A stretch of 62,052 nucleotides of DNA, from IMG/VR virus record IMGVR_UViG_3300017766_002106, positions 1 to 62,052 of that record. One strand, given 5' to 3'. Source of the stretch: a virus (lineage: Duplodnaviria > Caudoviricetes). Positions 34,601 through 43,081 of the stretch are shown here, piece after piece (positions within the stretch are counted from its first letter, which is position 1; every line of letters begins with the position of its first letter). Under the pieces are notes generated by a model. The model was given only the letters and a program-made list of their open reading frames with translations, had not been told where the DNA came from and ran no database searches. The translations under genes and the position numbers were made by a program.

Positions 34601-35484
34601 CTGCTTTTAGAGAGGTGACTGCAGGAGGAACCGAAAACCCCGGGGCATTTGGAGTTACTGGTGCGGGTGGGCAACCATATTCTGCGGTTACTGCGGTTTT
34701 AACTCCTCAAGTAAGCGCCAAGTTTTCTACTATAACAGGAGGTTGTGGCGGATCCGGTGGTGGATATAGTGCAATTTTCTATACTTCAGGTGGTATTCAG
34801 GTTCCTTTACTGATCGCCGGCGCCGGCGGTGGGGGAGGTGGCGCTTCTATTAATGTCACTACTTCCGGTGGAGTTGGAGGTGCTGGAGGAGGAGGTGCTG
34901 GTGGTCCAGGATTTTCTGGTTTAGGTGGTCTTAACTCTGGACCAGGAGGTGGTGGAGGAACTCTTATCTCTGGAGGTGCTGGTGGAATTAATCTTGGTTC
35001 TGGTTTAAATCCAGGAGAAGCAGGCGTTTTTTGGGATACTTCTGAGGTATCGGGATTTTTGACTGGCGGTAGAGGTGCAAATTCTCCTGTTGCTGATACA
35101 ACATCAGTTCCATTATATGGAGCAAATGCAACTGGTGGATGGGTAAGAGGATCTGGTGGCGGAAGTTCTAGAAATCTCAATCCATATACTGCATCACCTA
35201 TTCCCACAGACTGTGGTGGTGCAGGTGGGGCAGGTTATTATGGAGGTGGCGGTGGTGGTGCAGGAAATAATGCTGGTGGAGGCGGTGGTGGAGGAGGGTC
35301 TAATTTTATAGACCCATCCATTGTTCTCTTAGATAATGTTGTTGCAATAGGAACTTCTCCGGGAGTTGTTTATGATGGTATAATAGGGTATGGTGGTAAT
35401 AGTGTTATTGGGAATGGAACTGCTTATGTCCCAGGTCTTGAGGGGGGTAACGGATTAATTATACTTTCTTATATTCAGCAGTAA
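31612..35484 (+). CDS. Glycine-rich adhesin-like virion protein with four internal repeats of about 210 aa
   Basis: VWGGGGA/GGGGGY N-terminus and poly-Gly C-terminus flanking repeats LQENDIVLVSSVSDGG...ENPGAFTV. Confidence 0.7.
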   Translation: MSIIQMLFTGGGTFLTNEFNTTANAKPFTTVIPFVESNFLVPTGVSNITAQVWGGGGASGSCYFGTSGAGGGGGYVSATIPVTDLGITALTIRAGGGGGNPDYYNRPIDEYLEFNRATISHIGSSGASSNATYSTITPVAGATASSVSNVTYSTISQVAGADVSSISSPTYNTVTYVDSVSNTNVTSLTIPAGVLQVGDVILVASVCATGTTPQNNPNTPTGYTILENATVTGNVNYKLSYRRVTNTNIDSLIDGLSDITTDNSGGGGADFIVAHTASIFRNVIGVGDPITSLFTSTGTSTSIDPPLITPETPNYMSVAFGFHNDRSITPTGIPAGYTQTVVQAVGTNANATDEATIMVAHRSLTTSAQENPGAFTVPDPENYVAITVGLMPTKTLSTISGSMTLSGLQENDIVLVSSVSDGGTMNLPTGFNNLSNATGATNLPAYRISWKRVTAAELSLGSLTIGGLSTSGLIIGGQANNQPAGVAHYATAFRDVSTTSDPTFTVSIGTPTGNPDSPSITTTTANHAILSFGFLNNRSLSTVTAPTGYTLLNNGVNVVGSDGLGITEATSVSAFRNLTTTLTENPGAFTVTGSGAGANYAAVTVALSPVRTLSTITGTMSLTGLQADDIVLVSSVSDGGTMSLPTGFTNISNSGAGASPAYRVSWRRVVTGDAGSLTISNLSLSGTTTGGLTAGVAHYATAFRGADPTALTPFINATSTGTGNPDSPTVSPLPTVNYTAVSFGFLNNTGFPTISPPTSYTQLSSLAVSDDTPGTEATSMIAYRTSLSSGAAGENPGAFTVTGIGGENYAAVTVALRPYLLPSATDLSVLTLPGGIQEHDIILVASVSDGGILATPSGYSSLASQTGNGTPSYQVSWKRVTATIDTQITGLSASGQIDGGDGDGTPAGIAHIASVYRGTSLTTNPTVSINNGNGVPDPQQITGLPVGAGVVPFGFLDNRSISDANITAPTTPSAYTKTITRAVGQDNNGDDEATVMSAFREVTAGGTENPGAFGVTGAGGQPYSAVTAVLTPQVSAKFSTITGGCGGSGGGYSAIFYTSGGIQVPLLIAGAGGGGGGASINVTTSGGVGGAGGGGAGGPGFSGLGGLNSGPGGGGGTLISGGAGGINLGSGLNPGEAGVFWDTSEVSGFLTGGRGANSPVADTTSVPLYGANATGGWVRGSGGGSSRNLNPYTASPIPTDCGGAGGAGYYGGGGGGAGNNAGGGGGGGGSNFIDPSIVLLDNVVAIGTSPGVVYDGIIGYGGNSVIGNGTAYVPGLEGGNGLIILSYIQQ
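32800..34060 (+). repeat. Intragenic duplication (about 630-650 nt period) with DNA-level identity; bounds approximate
   Basis: tagtttcttcagtatctgatggggg near 32855 and 33506; gaaaa[c/t]ccaggagcatttac at 33361 and 33991. Confidence 0.8.
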
Positions 35485-35489
35485 TTTCC

Positions 35490-35518
35490 TTGACTTCCCT
35501 TTGAATTGGTGCTACACT
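35490..35518 (+). promoter_or_regulatory. Sigma70-type promoter
   Basis: TTGACT-17 nt-TACACT with extended TG. Confidence 0.65.
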
Positions 35519-35540
35519 AGGGTAGTGTTATATCTTTACT

Positions 35541-35723
35541 ATGCAAGAAGAGCATTTAACCCGATGCGTGGTTGATCCCCTTAAGAGGACTGTTTACATT
35601 TACTCTAGTGAAGGGGCAGAACGTGAAGTGTCCTGTGATACTGTTGAAGAGTTTATGAATGTGCTACAGTTTGTTCGTGCAACTTTGGATGAAAAAACTC
35701 TCTCATATGCAAATCCACTTTGA
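35541..35723 (+). CDS. Hypothetical protein
   Basis: 60-aa ORF behind promoter. Confidence 0.7.
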   Translation: MQEEHLTRCVVDPLKRTVYIYSSEGAEREVSCDTVEEFMNVLQFVRATLDEKTLSYANPL

Positions 35724-35735
35724 GTTTCATTTTTA

Positions 35736-35760
35736 GGGGCAAAAATTTCCCGCCAAAAAT
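35736..35760. repeat. Dispersed intergenic motif, copy 2 (GGGGCAAAAATTTCCCGCCAAAAAT)
   Basis: Near-identical to 5688-5714. Confidence 0.6.
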
Positions 35761-35783
35761 TTTCACATAAGGATTTTTTAAAT

Positions 35784-35963
35784 ATGCGTCCAGAAACAAA
35801 GGAATCAATGAAAATGTTGTTTTCAGCAAAATGGAATCTTCCAGAAGCAGCAAGAAATTGCGGTTTGACTAATAAAGAAATGAAAATTACTTTTAACGAA
35901 TACTGCACTTTACATCCACCAACGTATTCTCCAGAAACTGATTCCAAAACATCATCTAAATAA
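35784..35963 (+). CDS. Hypothetical protein, 59 aa (not in ORF track)
   Basis: MRPETKESMKMLFSAKWNLPEAARNCGLTNKEMKITFNEYC...; SD AAGGA. Confidence 0.65.
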   Translation: MRPETKESMKMLFSAKWNLPEAARNCGLTNKEMKITFNEYCTLHPPTYSPETDSKTSSK

Positions 35964-35988
35964 ACAAAAAGTAATAGGAGTTGTTCCT

Positions 35989-36258
35989 ATGAAATACAGG
36001 ATAGATGCAGCATATGTTTGGTATAACCGAAAAACGCAGATAGTCTTGATGTATTTCATAAATCAAATTCCATTTACTTTTGATGAACTTCCAGATTATT
36101 GTATGGATGATCTGGAATTAGTTGAAATGGCAAACAATGAACTCGAATTTGAACCTGAGGACTTGTATCAATCTTCTCATTACCTTATAATGGAAGAGTG
36201 CCACCCTCTAATGTTTGAATTAGAACTGGAAAATCCAGAAATGTTGCCTGTTGATTAA
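35989..36258 (+). CDS. Hypothetical acidic protein
   Basis: 89-aa ORF, SD AGGAG, CTAAATA upstream. Confidence 0.7.
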   Translation: MKYRIDAAYVWYNRKTQIVLMYFINQIPFTFDELPDYCMDDLELVEMANNELEFEPEDLYQSSHYLIMEECHPLMFELELENPEMLPVD

Positions 36259-36261
36259 ATT

Positions 36262-36333
36262 GCCCTTGTAGCTCAGTGGTAGAGCAACGGTTTTGTAAAC
36301 CGTTGGTCGCTGGTTCAAATCCAGTCGGGGGCT
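36262..36333 (+). tRNA. trnT: tRNA-Thr(TGT), CCA not encoded
   Basis: GCCCTTG/CGGGGGC acceptor, TAGCTCAGTGGTAGAGC D-arm, ACGGT-TT-TGT-AA-ACCGT anticodon arm, GGTTCAAATCC T-arm. Confidence 0.95.
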
Positions 36334-36354
36334 TGAGTTCATAAAACTCCAATT

Positions 36355-36549
36355 ATGTCATTAATTTCACAAAAAGATCGAAAACTTGCTATTGAAGCAT
36401 TAGAGCATTATAAAACACAAATTCCACTAACCATTACTATAGGAGAACTTGTTTCCGATACGGTCATCGAACAAGACGAACAAAAAATGATGGAACTCAA
36501 TGCTCTTATAAATTGGATTAAATTGGAATACTTCAAAAATGAAAATTAA
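36355..36549 (+). CDS. Hypothetical protein
   Basis: 64-aa ORF after tRNA. Confidence 0.65.
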   Translation: MSLISQKDRKLAIEALEHYKTQIPLTITIGELVSDTVIEQDEQKMMELNALINWIKLEYFKNEN

Positions 36550-36700
36550 TCTCTGGTATTGCGAATCTATGAAACTGTGGCGTTGGACCTTGACTGACGA
36601 CTCTAGACCTATATTAAAACAAGAAGCAGGTCAACAACCAGATCTTCGTGCAGCAATGAATGATGTTGCAAATACTGTAGAATATATGATGAAATCCTAA
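36539..36700 (+). CDS. Hypothetical protein, 53 aa (not in ORF track)
   Basis: MKINLWYCESMKLWRWTLTDD...AMNDVANTVEYMMKS*. Confidence 0.65.
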   Translation: MKINLWYCESMKLWRWTLTDDSRPILKQEAGQQPDLRAAMNDVANTVEYMMKS

Positions 36701-36705
36701 CACGA

Positions 36706-37341
36706 ATGAGTAAAAATACTCAGTTTTTTATAGATAGAGTAAGTAAAGAAGAAATCAAAAATCTTCTTTACAATTTTCACTATCTAAAAGACGAATCAAA
36801 AGATTTTAAAAGTGGTTACAACTACGGTTTATTCAAATCCAGTGTTTCTGATATTTTGCATATTGGTGACTGTCTCGCTGCTTGTATCTTTACTAAGATC
36901 CCCGTCCCAGAAATAGCAGTTGGGGCATTTGGGTTGCAAAGAGATGAGCAAGAAGGTCTATATGAACTTTCAAGATTATGTGTTCATCCAGATATTCAAA
37001 AAACAGAATACAACATCACTTCTTGGTTCGTTAGTCGTTGTATAAAGAGGTTCAAAAAAGATGCCTGCGTTCGTTGTATTCTTAGCTACGCTGATGCTAA
37101 TCACCACTCTGGAGTTATATACAGAGCTTGTAATTTTAGTTACTACGGGTTAACAGATCCAAAAAAAGACTTTTATTATGCTGATGGGACAAAACATTCC
37201 CGAGGTTCTGTAAAAGGTTCCGAAGGTGAATGGAGAGAAAGAAGTCGAAAACATAGATATCTGATGTTATTTGACAAGGAACTTAAAAAACGCTTGACTT
37301 GGAAAGAAGAAAAGTGGTATAATAATACAGGCGATACTTAA
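36706..37341 (+). CDS. Mom-like GNAT-fold DNA-modification protein
   Basis: HYL, YELSRLCV, TSWFVSRCIK, ILSYAD..HHSGVIYRACNF.YYG, KHRY pattern of the Mu Mom family. Confidence 0.7.
   Translation: MSKNTQFFIDRVSKEEIKNLLYNFHYLKDESKDFKSGYNYGLFKSSVSDILHIGDCLAACIFTKIPVPEIAVGAFGLQRDEQEGLYELSRLCVHPDIQKTEYNITSWFVSRCIKRFKKDACVRCILSYADANHHSGVIYRACNFSYYGLTDPKKDFYYADGTKHSRGSVKGSEGEWRERSRKHRYLMLFDKELKKRLTWKEEKWYNNTGDT
37294..37323 (+). promoter_or_regulatory. Sigma70-type promoter inside 3' end of Mom-like gene
   Basis: TTGACT-18 nt-TATAAT with extended TG. Confidence 0.55.
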
Positions 37342-37364
37342 ACCAAACTCCTTCCGTGTGACTT

Positions 37365-37398
37365 GAAAACCTCCCCCTCAAAGGGAGGTTTTCTTGTT
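37365..37398 (+). terminator. Rho-independent terminator
   Basis: GAAAACCTCCC-7 nt loop-GGGAGGTTTTC + TTGTT. Confidence 0.75.
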
Positions 37399-37399
37399 G

Positions 37400-37406
37400 C
37401 TAAATA
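37400..37406 (+). promoter_or_regulatory. Late promoter (CTAAATA)
   Basis: Immediately after terminator, upstream of structural gene. Confidence 0.55.
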
Positions 37407-37435
37407 ATCTATAACGGAATTTATAGCGCAATAAA

Positions 37436-40400
37436 ATGGGTCTCAGTCGTCTCGATAATTTTCTGAAGAGCACTCGTGGAGAAATTCTTTATGTTGATCC
37501 CTCAAGTATTGACTCAACAGATAGCATAGAAAATAAGGGTAATTCATTAACAAGGCCCTTTAAAACTATACAAAGGGCATTAGTAGAAGCAGCAAGATTT
37601 TCATATCAAAGAGGTCTTGATAATGATAGATTTGGTAAAACTACCATTCTTCTTTATCCAGGTGAGCACCTTATTGATAATCGTCCTGGTTGGATTCCCG
37701 ATTCCTCTTTAGGAGTTAATCAGTATAGACTTAGAAATGGAACTTCCAGTGATGATTTCAGTCCATTTGATGTAAATACAAATTTTAACATTGCATCAGA
37801 GAATAATGCTCTTTACAAAATGAATAGTGTCCACGGAGGGGTTATTATTCCTCGTGGAACTTCTATCGTTGGTTATGACCTTCGTAAAACTAAAATTCGT
37901 CCAAAATATGTTCCAAATCCAGATGAAGTTGAGGGCGCAAACATTGAAAGATCTGCCATTTTTAGAGTAACTGGTGCTTGTTACTTGTGGCAATTCACTG
38001 TTTTTGATGCTGACCCAAATATTCCTTGTTATACTGATTATACAACGAATACATTTTTCCCAAGATTCTCTCACCACAAACTTACTTGTTTTGAATATGC
38101 TGATGGTGTAAACCCAGTAACGATTAATGATGAGTTTATTCAGAACTTTTCGACAACTCGAACTGACTTAGATATTTACTATGAGAAAGTTGGAATTGCT
38201 TATGGCGCATCAAGCGATAGAGGAGTTGAACCCGACTACCCATCTTCACAGATTGATATTCAACCAAAGATTGATGAATACTTAATCGTAGGTTCTCGTG
38301 GTGATGAAATAGGTATTACAAGTATTCGTGCAGGAAACGGAACAGTATCAAGTAATACAATTACTGTTGAGTTATCAGAGCCATTTCAGAATATTGATGT
38401 CGATTCTCCCATTCAAATCAAAGGAATTGGTTCATCGGGATATAATGGTCAGCAGGTTGTAAGTAAAGTTATTAGTGATAGTGTAATTCAATATAAAGTT
38501 CAAACTCCTCCAGATATTGCAAGTATTGAATCTCCTCCCGGAGCAACTTTAAGTCTTATTTTAGATACTGTTAATTCTGCTTCTCCATACATTTTCAACT
38601 GTTCTCTAAGATCAGTATATGGTATGTGTGGTCTTCACGCAGATGGAGACAAGGCAGGTGGATTTAAGAGTATGGTTGTTGCTCAATTCACTGGAATTGG
38701 TCTACAAAAAGACAATAAAGCATTCGTAAAATATAATCCAAATACTGGAGAATATGATGACGAATTGGCAACTGGAGATCAAAACATTTATGCCAATTCA
38801 CTAGCACGTCATAAACCATCTTATGAAAGTATCCACATTAAGTGTAGTAATAATGCTTTCATTCAGATAGTTTCTGTATTTGCAATTGGATTTACAAGAC
38901 ACTTTTTAACAGAGTCTGGTGGAGATCTTTCGATTACAAACTCAAACTCCAACTTCGGAGCAAACTCATTAACCGCAACTGGATTTAGAAACGAAGCATT
39001 TTTAAGAGATGATGTTGGTTATATTACTCACATCATTCCACCAAAAGAAATAGAACCAATTGAAATAAGTTCAGAATTTGATGCTATCGACGTTGCATTG
39101 ACTGTTGCTAGAGGATCTGGTGGAAGTAATAGATTATACTTATACAATAGGAAGTCTTTAGATGTTCCACCAAATCATATTCTTGATGGATATAGAATTG
39201 GAGCAAAGAGTAATGATAAACTTTATCTTACTATAAATCAAAGTGGAGTTACCTCAACATATTTTGCGAATATTGTCATACCAGGAACTTCTCAAAGTAA
39301 AGAAAAACTATCTTACGTTTCGAGATCACTAAGTAATTCATTAAACAATATTACTGATGATATAATCAATTTTTCCTCAACACATTCTTTTTCAACGGGA
39401 GAAAAAATTAGAATTATTAGTGAGAATGGTTATTTACCTGATGGAATTAAAGAAGATCAGATATATTATGCAATAACAACTTCATTGACTCCTTCTCAAA
39501 TAAAGATCGCAAAATCTCTTAATGATGCTAATAATAATAACTTTATAAGCATCAATAATAGGGGCGGTCCATTAAAGGTTGTAAGTAGAGTTTCAGATAA
39601 AAAACCCAATGAAATTGGTCATCCTATTCAATGGGACAGTTCTTTGGGGCAGTGGTATATTTCTGTTCCTCTAAATGGCGTAAATAATACAATATATGCG
39701 GCAATTGCTGCTGCAGGAGTTGTTTCTCTTGGTGAAGCAACTTCCAGAACTTATATTGAAAGGGTAATAGATACTAGATCTTTAACGGATACTCTTTACA
39801 GAGTTAGATATGTAATACCTTCAAGTTCATCAATTACATCAAGACCTCCAAATGAAGGATTTATTCTTCAAGAGTCCAATAAAACAATTGGAGCAACTGA
39901 TGATGAAGTCACAAAATATTTTAGAAATTTTAATAATCCAGCAACTCTTGGAAATATTAGTGAACTGAGAAATTTCAGATTAATTTCAAATGCAACTTGG
40001 ACAAATAAAGTAGTTACTATTACTACTGAACTTGCTCATGATTTAAATGTAGGATCTGAAGTTGAAATTAAAAATGTTCAAAGCACAAATAATACAACAG
40101 GAATTGATAAAATTGGATTTAATGGAATTTTCAGAGTCACTGAAGTTCCTAGCAGAAGAACATTTAGATATACTTTAAATACAAATCCAGGAATATTTAC
40201 TAGCAACACTTCAGCAAGAACGGCAGATCTTCCAAGATTTTCCCGTAAACAGTATTCTGGAATTTATTCGATTTATAAGTCGGAAGAAATTAGACCTTAT
40301 ATTAAAGGGCAGCAAGATGGAATATATCACTTAACTATTACAAATTCTTCAAATTCTCCATCAGCATCTCCTTTTGATGCATTTAAATTGAGTCAACCTA

Positions 40401-43063
40401 TTCAAAATCTTTATCCAAGAACAAATAGGGATGAACCAATTTCTGATGCAGAAGCAGCATCTTCATTTGCTGTTCCCGATCCAGTGGGGAAAGTTGTAGT
40501 TGATGATCCGGAAAATAGTATTACTAAAGAGACTATTTCCAATTCTTTACTAGATTTTAATCAATCATTGAAAGTTAATAATATCATTTCAATAGATGCT
40601 AATACTCATGACATTTATACTTCATCAGATCATGGTTTAAACAGATTAATTTCAGTATTAGTTTTGAATGGTGGAGCAAACTATGGTTCCGGTGCTGCAA
40701 CAACTCAAACTTATTATAATGCTCAGTTGATCAGTAACACTGGATTTGGAACAGAAGCATCTGCAAAGGTTGTTGTTAGTTCTGCTGGAACAATTTCTTC
40801 AGTAGAAATTATGGATCCTGGAAGTGGATATTTTGCTAATGAAGAATTGTCTATAGTTGGAATTGCTACCACAGGTCTTCACACTCCAGCAACAGTTAGA
40901 GTATCTACTGTGTATAATAATGTTGGTGATAATATAAAAATTTCCAATATTAAAGATCCATCGTATAAAAAGTATAATGGTCTTTATAGAATCACTGCAC
41001 TCAATAGCTCCCCTAAACAAATTAGAGTTTCATCCTTAAATCCAATCGCATCACCTGCTACAGGATCTGGAATAGGAACTTCTTCACAGTCTTCATTTAT
41101 AAACTTGACTGGAAAGAGTTTGAGTCTTACTGCTGTCAGTTATAACAGCACAACAGGTATTGCAACTTTTGCTTCTGCTTCTCCTCACGGATTATTCAAA
41201 GGAAATAAAATTTCAATTTCTAGTTCTACAGAAGAATATGATCAATCTTTTATTGTAAATCAAGTTCCTTTTAACAATACATTTACAGTAAATGTTGGGA
41301 AAAGTTTTACTCCAGCAGGTCTTGGAGGTGCGATTTTAAATTATGAAGGAGTAACTTCAAGAGGGGAATTAACTTCTCCTGAAGAAGAAAATGTTTCTGG
41401 TAGAATGATTTTCAATTATGGAAATTTAACTACTTATACCTCAGCAGGATTAGGGCAAGAACTGACAAGCACTCAAGTTACACTTTCTAACAGATATGAC
41501 CTTAGAATTGGTGATTTTATATTAATCAATAATGAAATTGTAAGGGTGAAGACAACTGTAACCAGTAATGTTATACAGGTTGATCGTGCTTTGATGGGAA
41601 CATCACCACAAGATCATACTTCAGGTTCTTTGGTAAGAAGAATTAATGTTATTCCAATTGAATTTAGAAGAAATTCTATTCTAAGAGCTTCTGGACATAC
41701 ATTTGAATATCTTGGATTTGGTCCAGGAAATTATTCAACCGCATTCCCAGAAAGACAAGATAGGCAACTAAGTCCTCAAGAAGAACTATTTGCACAGTCT
41801 GCTAAATTTGGCGCAGGTGCTGTTATATTCACTGGAATGAATAGTGATGGAGATTCTTATACTGGAAATAAAAAGGTTACTTCTTCGGGAAGGGGTGAAA
41901 CCTATGATACTCCAATTCCAAGCTTTGTTGGAGATCCTCCAGAGTCTTCTTCTACACTTGGAATTGATTATGTAAATCCCGATGTTATTTCTCTAAGTAG
42001 ATCTATTTCAGTTGATGGTGGTCCTGAAGGAAATATTATTTCTAACTTCAATGGACCAGTAATTTTTAACGAAAAGATTACATCGAATTCAGCAAAAGGT
42101 ATTGAAGCAAATACACTTTTACTTCAGGGTGATGCAAGAATTTCAAGAAGATACACTGTAGGTATATCAACCCCGATTGTTGCAGGTAATCCAGGTGATG
42201 TTATTTTTGACGCTGCCCCTAACGTGGGTGGATCTATTGGTTGGGTATATACTAACCAAAATAATTGGTCTAGATTTGGTTCAATTAATCTTTCAGAATC
42301 TTCAACGATTGGTGTATTTGATAATTTAACCATTAACAATTCCGATTTTAAAGTTTCATCCGGAACGCAGCAATTTACTGTAAGTAATGGACGGGTTGGT
42401 ATTGGAACTACACCAGAAGCTGGAGTTGCATTAAAGGTTAATGGAAGACTTGTTGGAGATGGTTCTGGACTTACTGGTGTTTCTGATATTTGGGTGACCG
42501 ATGCAGTTGGTATTCATACAAATACTCCAATTGGAATCAACACTAGTAGTGCCAAAGCAGGGTATGCAATGTATCTTGAAGGATCTATGGCAATCAATGG
42601 ATCCTTGCGTGTATTTGAAATCATTGAAAAAGCAACCATTGATAATAGAACTTTAACAAATACTACCATTCCAATTAATTTGGCTGATAATAATGTTTAT
42701 TATTTCGTAAATCCAGCTGCTGGAAACTGGACCTTAAGTTTCTTAGGGGATGGTTCTAACCCAATTGGAGCAGCTGCCACTGGATATTTCTTAACCGGTG
42801 ATAATGGTTTCTTAAATGTTGGCGAAACAATGACAGTTGCGATTATAACAACACAAGGAGCAACTCCATTTTATAACCCTACAATCCAAGTAGATAATCA
42901 AGGTATTATTCCTTATTATTATGGTGGAGAAAAAATTACAACAGGAAACCCTAATGGTATTGATGTTTATACATATGTTTTTATAAGAAAAGCAACGAGT
43001 GGTTCGGTATCTAATCAGATTACTGTTCTATATTCTCAGGCACAATATACTCAAATAGCTTAA
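37436..43063 (+). CDS. Very large virion structural/tail-fibre protein (1875 aa)
   Basis: LYVDP...G.SLTRPFKTIQRAL, beta-helix-like segment, GRVGIGT; C-terminal GIDVYTYVFI domain. Confidence 0.75.
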   Translation: MGLSRLDNFLKSTRGEILYVDPSSIDSTDSIENKGNSLTRPFKTIQRALVEAARFSYQRGLDNDRFGKTTILLYPGEHLIDNRPGWIPDSSLGVNQYRLRNGTSSDDFSPFDVNTNFNIASENNALYKMNSVHGGVIIPRGTSIVGYDLRKTKIRPKYVPNPDEVEGANIERSAIFRVTGACYLWQFTVFDADPNIPCYTDYTTNTFFPRFSHHKLTCFEYADGVNPVTINDEFIQNFSTTRTDLDIYYEKVGIAYGASSDRGVEPDYPSSQIDIQPKIDEYLIVGSRGDEIGITSIRAGNGTVSSNTITVELSEPFQNIDVDSPIQIKGIGSSGYNGQQVVSKVISDSVIQYKVQTPPDIASIESPPGATLSLILDTVNSASPYIFNCSLRSVYGMCGLHADGDKAGGFKSMVVAQFTGIGLQKDNKAFVKYNPNTGEYDDELATGDQNIYANSLARHKPSYESIHIKCSNNAFIQIVSVFAIGFTRHFLTESGGDLSITNSNSNFGANSLTATGFRNEAFLRDDVGYITHIIPPKEIEPIEISSEFDAIDVALTVARGSGGSNRLYLYNRKSLDVPPNHILDGYRIGAKSNDKLYLTINQSGVTSTYFANIVIPGTSQSKEKLSYVSRSLSNSLNNITDDIINFSSTHSFSTGEKIRIISENGYLPDGIKEDQIYYAITTSLTPSQIKIAKSLNDANNNNFISINNRGGPLKVVSRVSDKKPNEIGHPIQWDSSLGQWYISVPLNGVNNTIYAAIAAAGVVSLGEATSRTYIERVIDTRSLTDTLYRVRYVIPSSSSITSRPPNEGFILQESNKTIGATDDEVTKYFRNFNNPATLGNISELRNFRLISNATWTNKVVTITTELAHDLNVGSEVEIKNVQSTNNTTGIDKIGFNGIFRVTEVPSRRTFRYTLNTNPGIFTSNTSARTADLPRFSRKQYSGIYSIYKSEEIRPYIKGQQDGIYHLTITNSSNSPSASPFDAFKLSQPIQNLYPRTNRDEPISDAEAASSFAVPDPVGKVVVDDPENSITKETISNSLLDFNQSLKVNNIISIDANTHDIYTSSDHGLNRLISVLVLNGGANYGSGAATTQTYYNAQLISNTGFGTEASAKVVVSSAGTISSVEIMDPGSGYFANEELSIVGIATTGLHTPATVRVSTVYNNVGDNIKISNIKDPSYKKYNGLYRITALNSSPKQIRVSSLNPIASPATGSGIGTSSQSSFINLTGKSLSLTAVSYNSTTGIATFASASPHGLFKGNKISISSSTEEYDQSFIVNQVPFNNTFTVNVGKSFTPAGLGGAILNYEGVTSRGELTSPEEENVSGRMIFNYGNLTTYTSAGLGQELTSTQVTLSNRYDLRIGDFILINNEIVRVKTTVTSNVIQVDRALMGTSPQDHTSGSLVRRINVIPIEFRRNSILRASGHTFEYLGFGPGNYSTAFPERQDRQLSPQEELFAQSAKFGAGAVIFTGMNSDGDSYTGNKKVTSSGRGETYDTPIPSFVGDPPESSSTLGIDYVNPDVISLSRSISVDGGPEGNIISNFNGPVIFNEKITSNSAKGIEANTLLLQGDARISRRYTVGISTPIVAGNPGDVIFDAAPNVGGSIGWVYTNQNNWSRFGSINLSESSTIGVFDNLTINNSDFKVSSGTQQFTVSNGRVGIGTTPEAGVALKVNGRLVGDGSGLTGVSDIWVTDAVGIHTNTPIGINTSSAKAGYAMYLEGSMAINGSLRVFEIIEKATIDNRTLTNTTIPINLADNNVYYFVNPAAGNWTLSFLGDGSNPIGAAATGYFLTGDNGFLNVGETMTVAIITTQGATPFYNPTIQVDNQGIIPYYYGGEKITTGNPNGIDVYTYVFIRKATSGSVSNQITVLYSQAQYTQIA

Positions 43064-43081
43064 TTATAAGGAGGAATACAA

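Noticed and set aside
31612-35484. Diversity-generating retroelement template/variable repeats in adhesin genes
   Set aside because: No reverse transcriptase in the window; repeats are in-frame domain duplications with differences not confined to adenines
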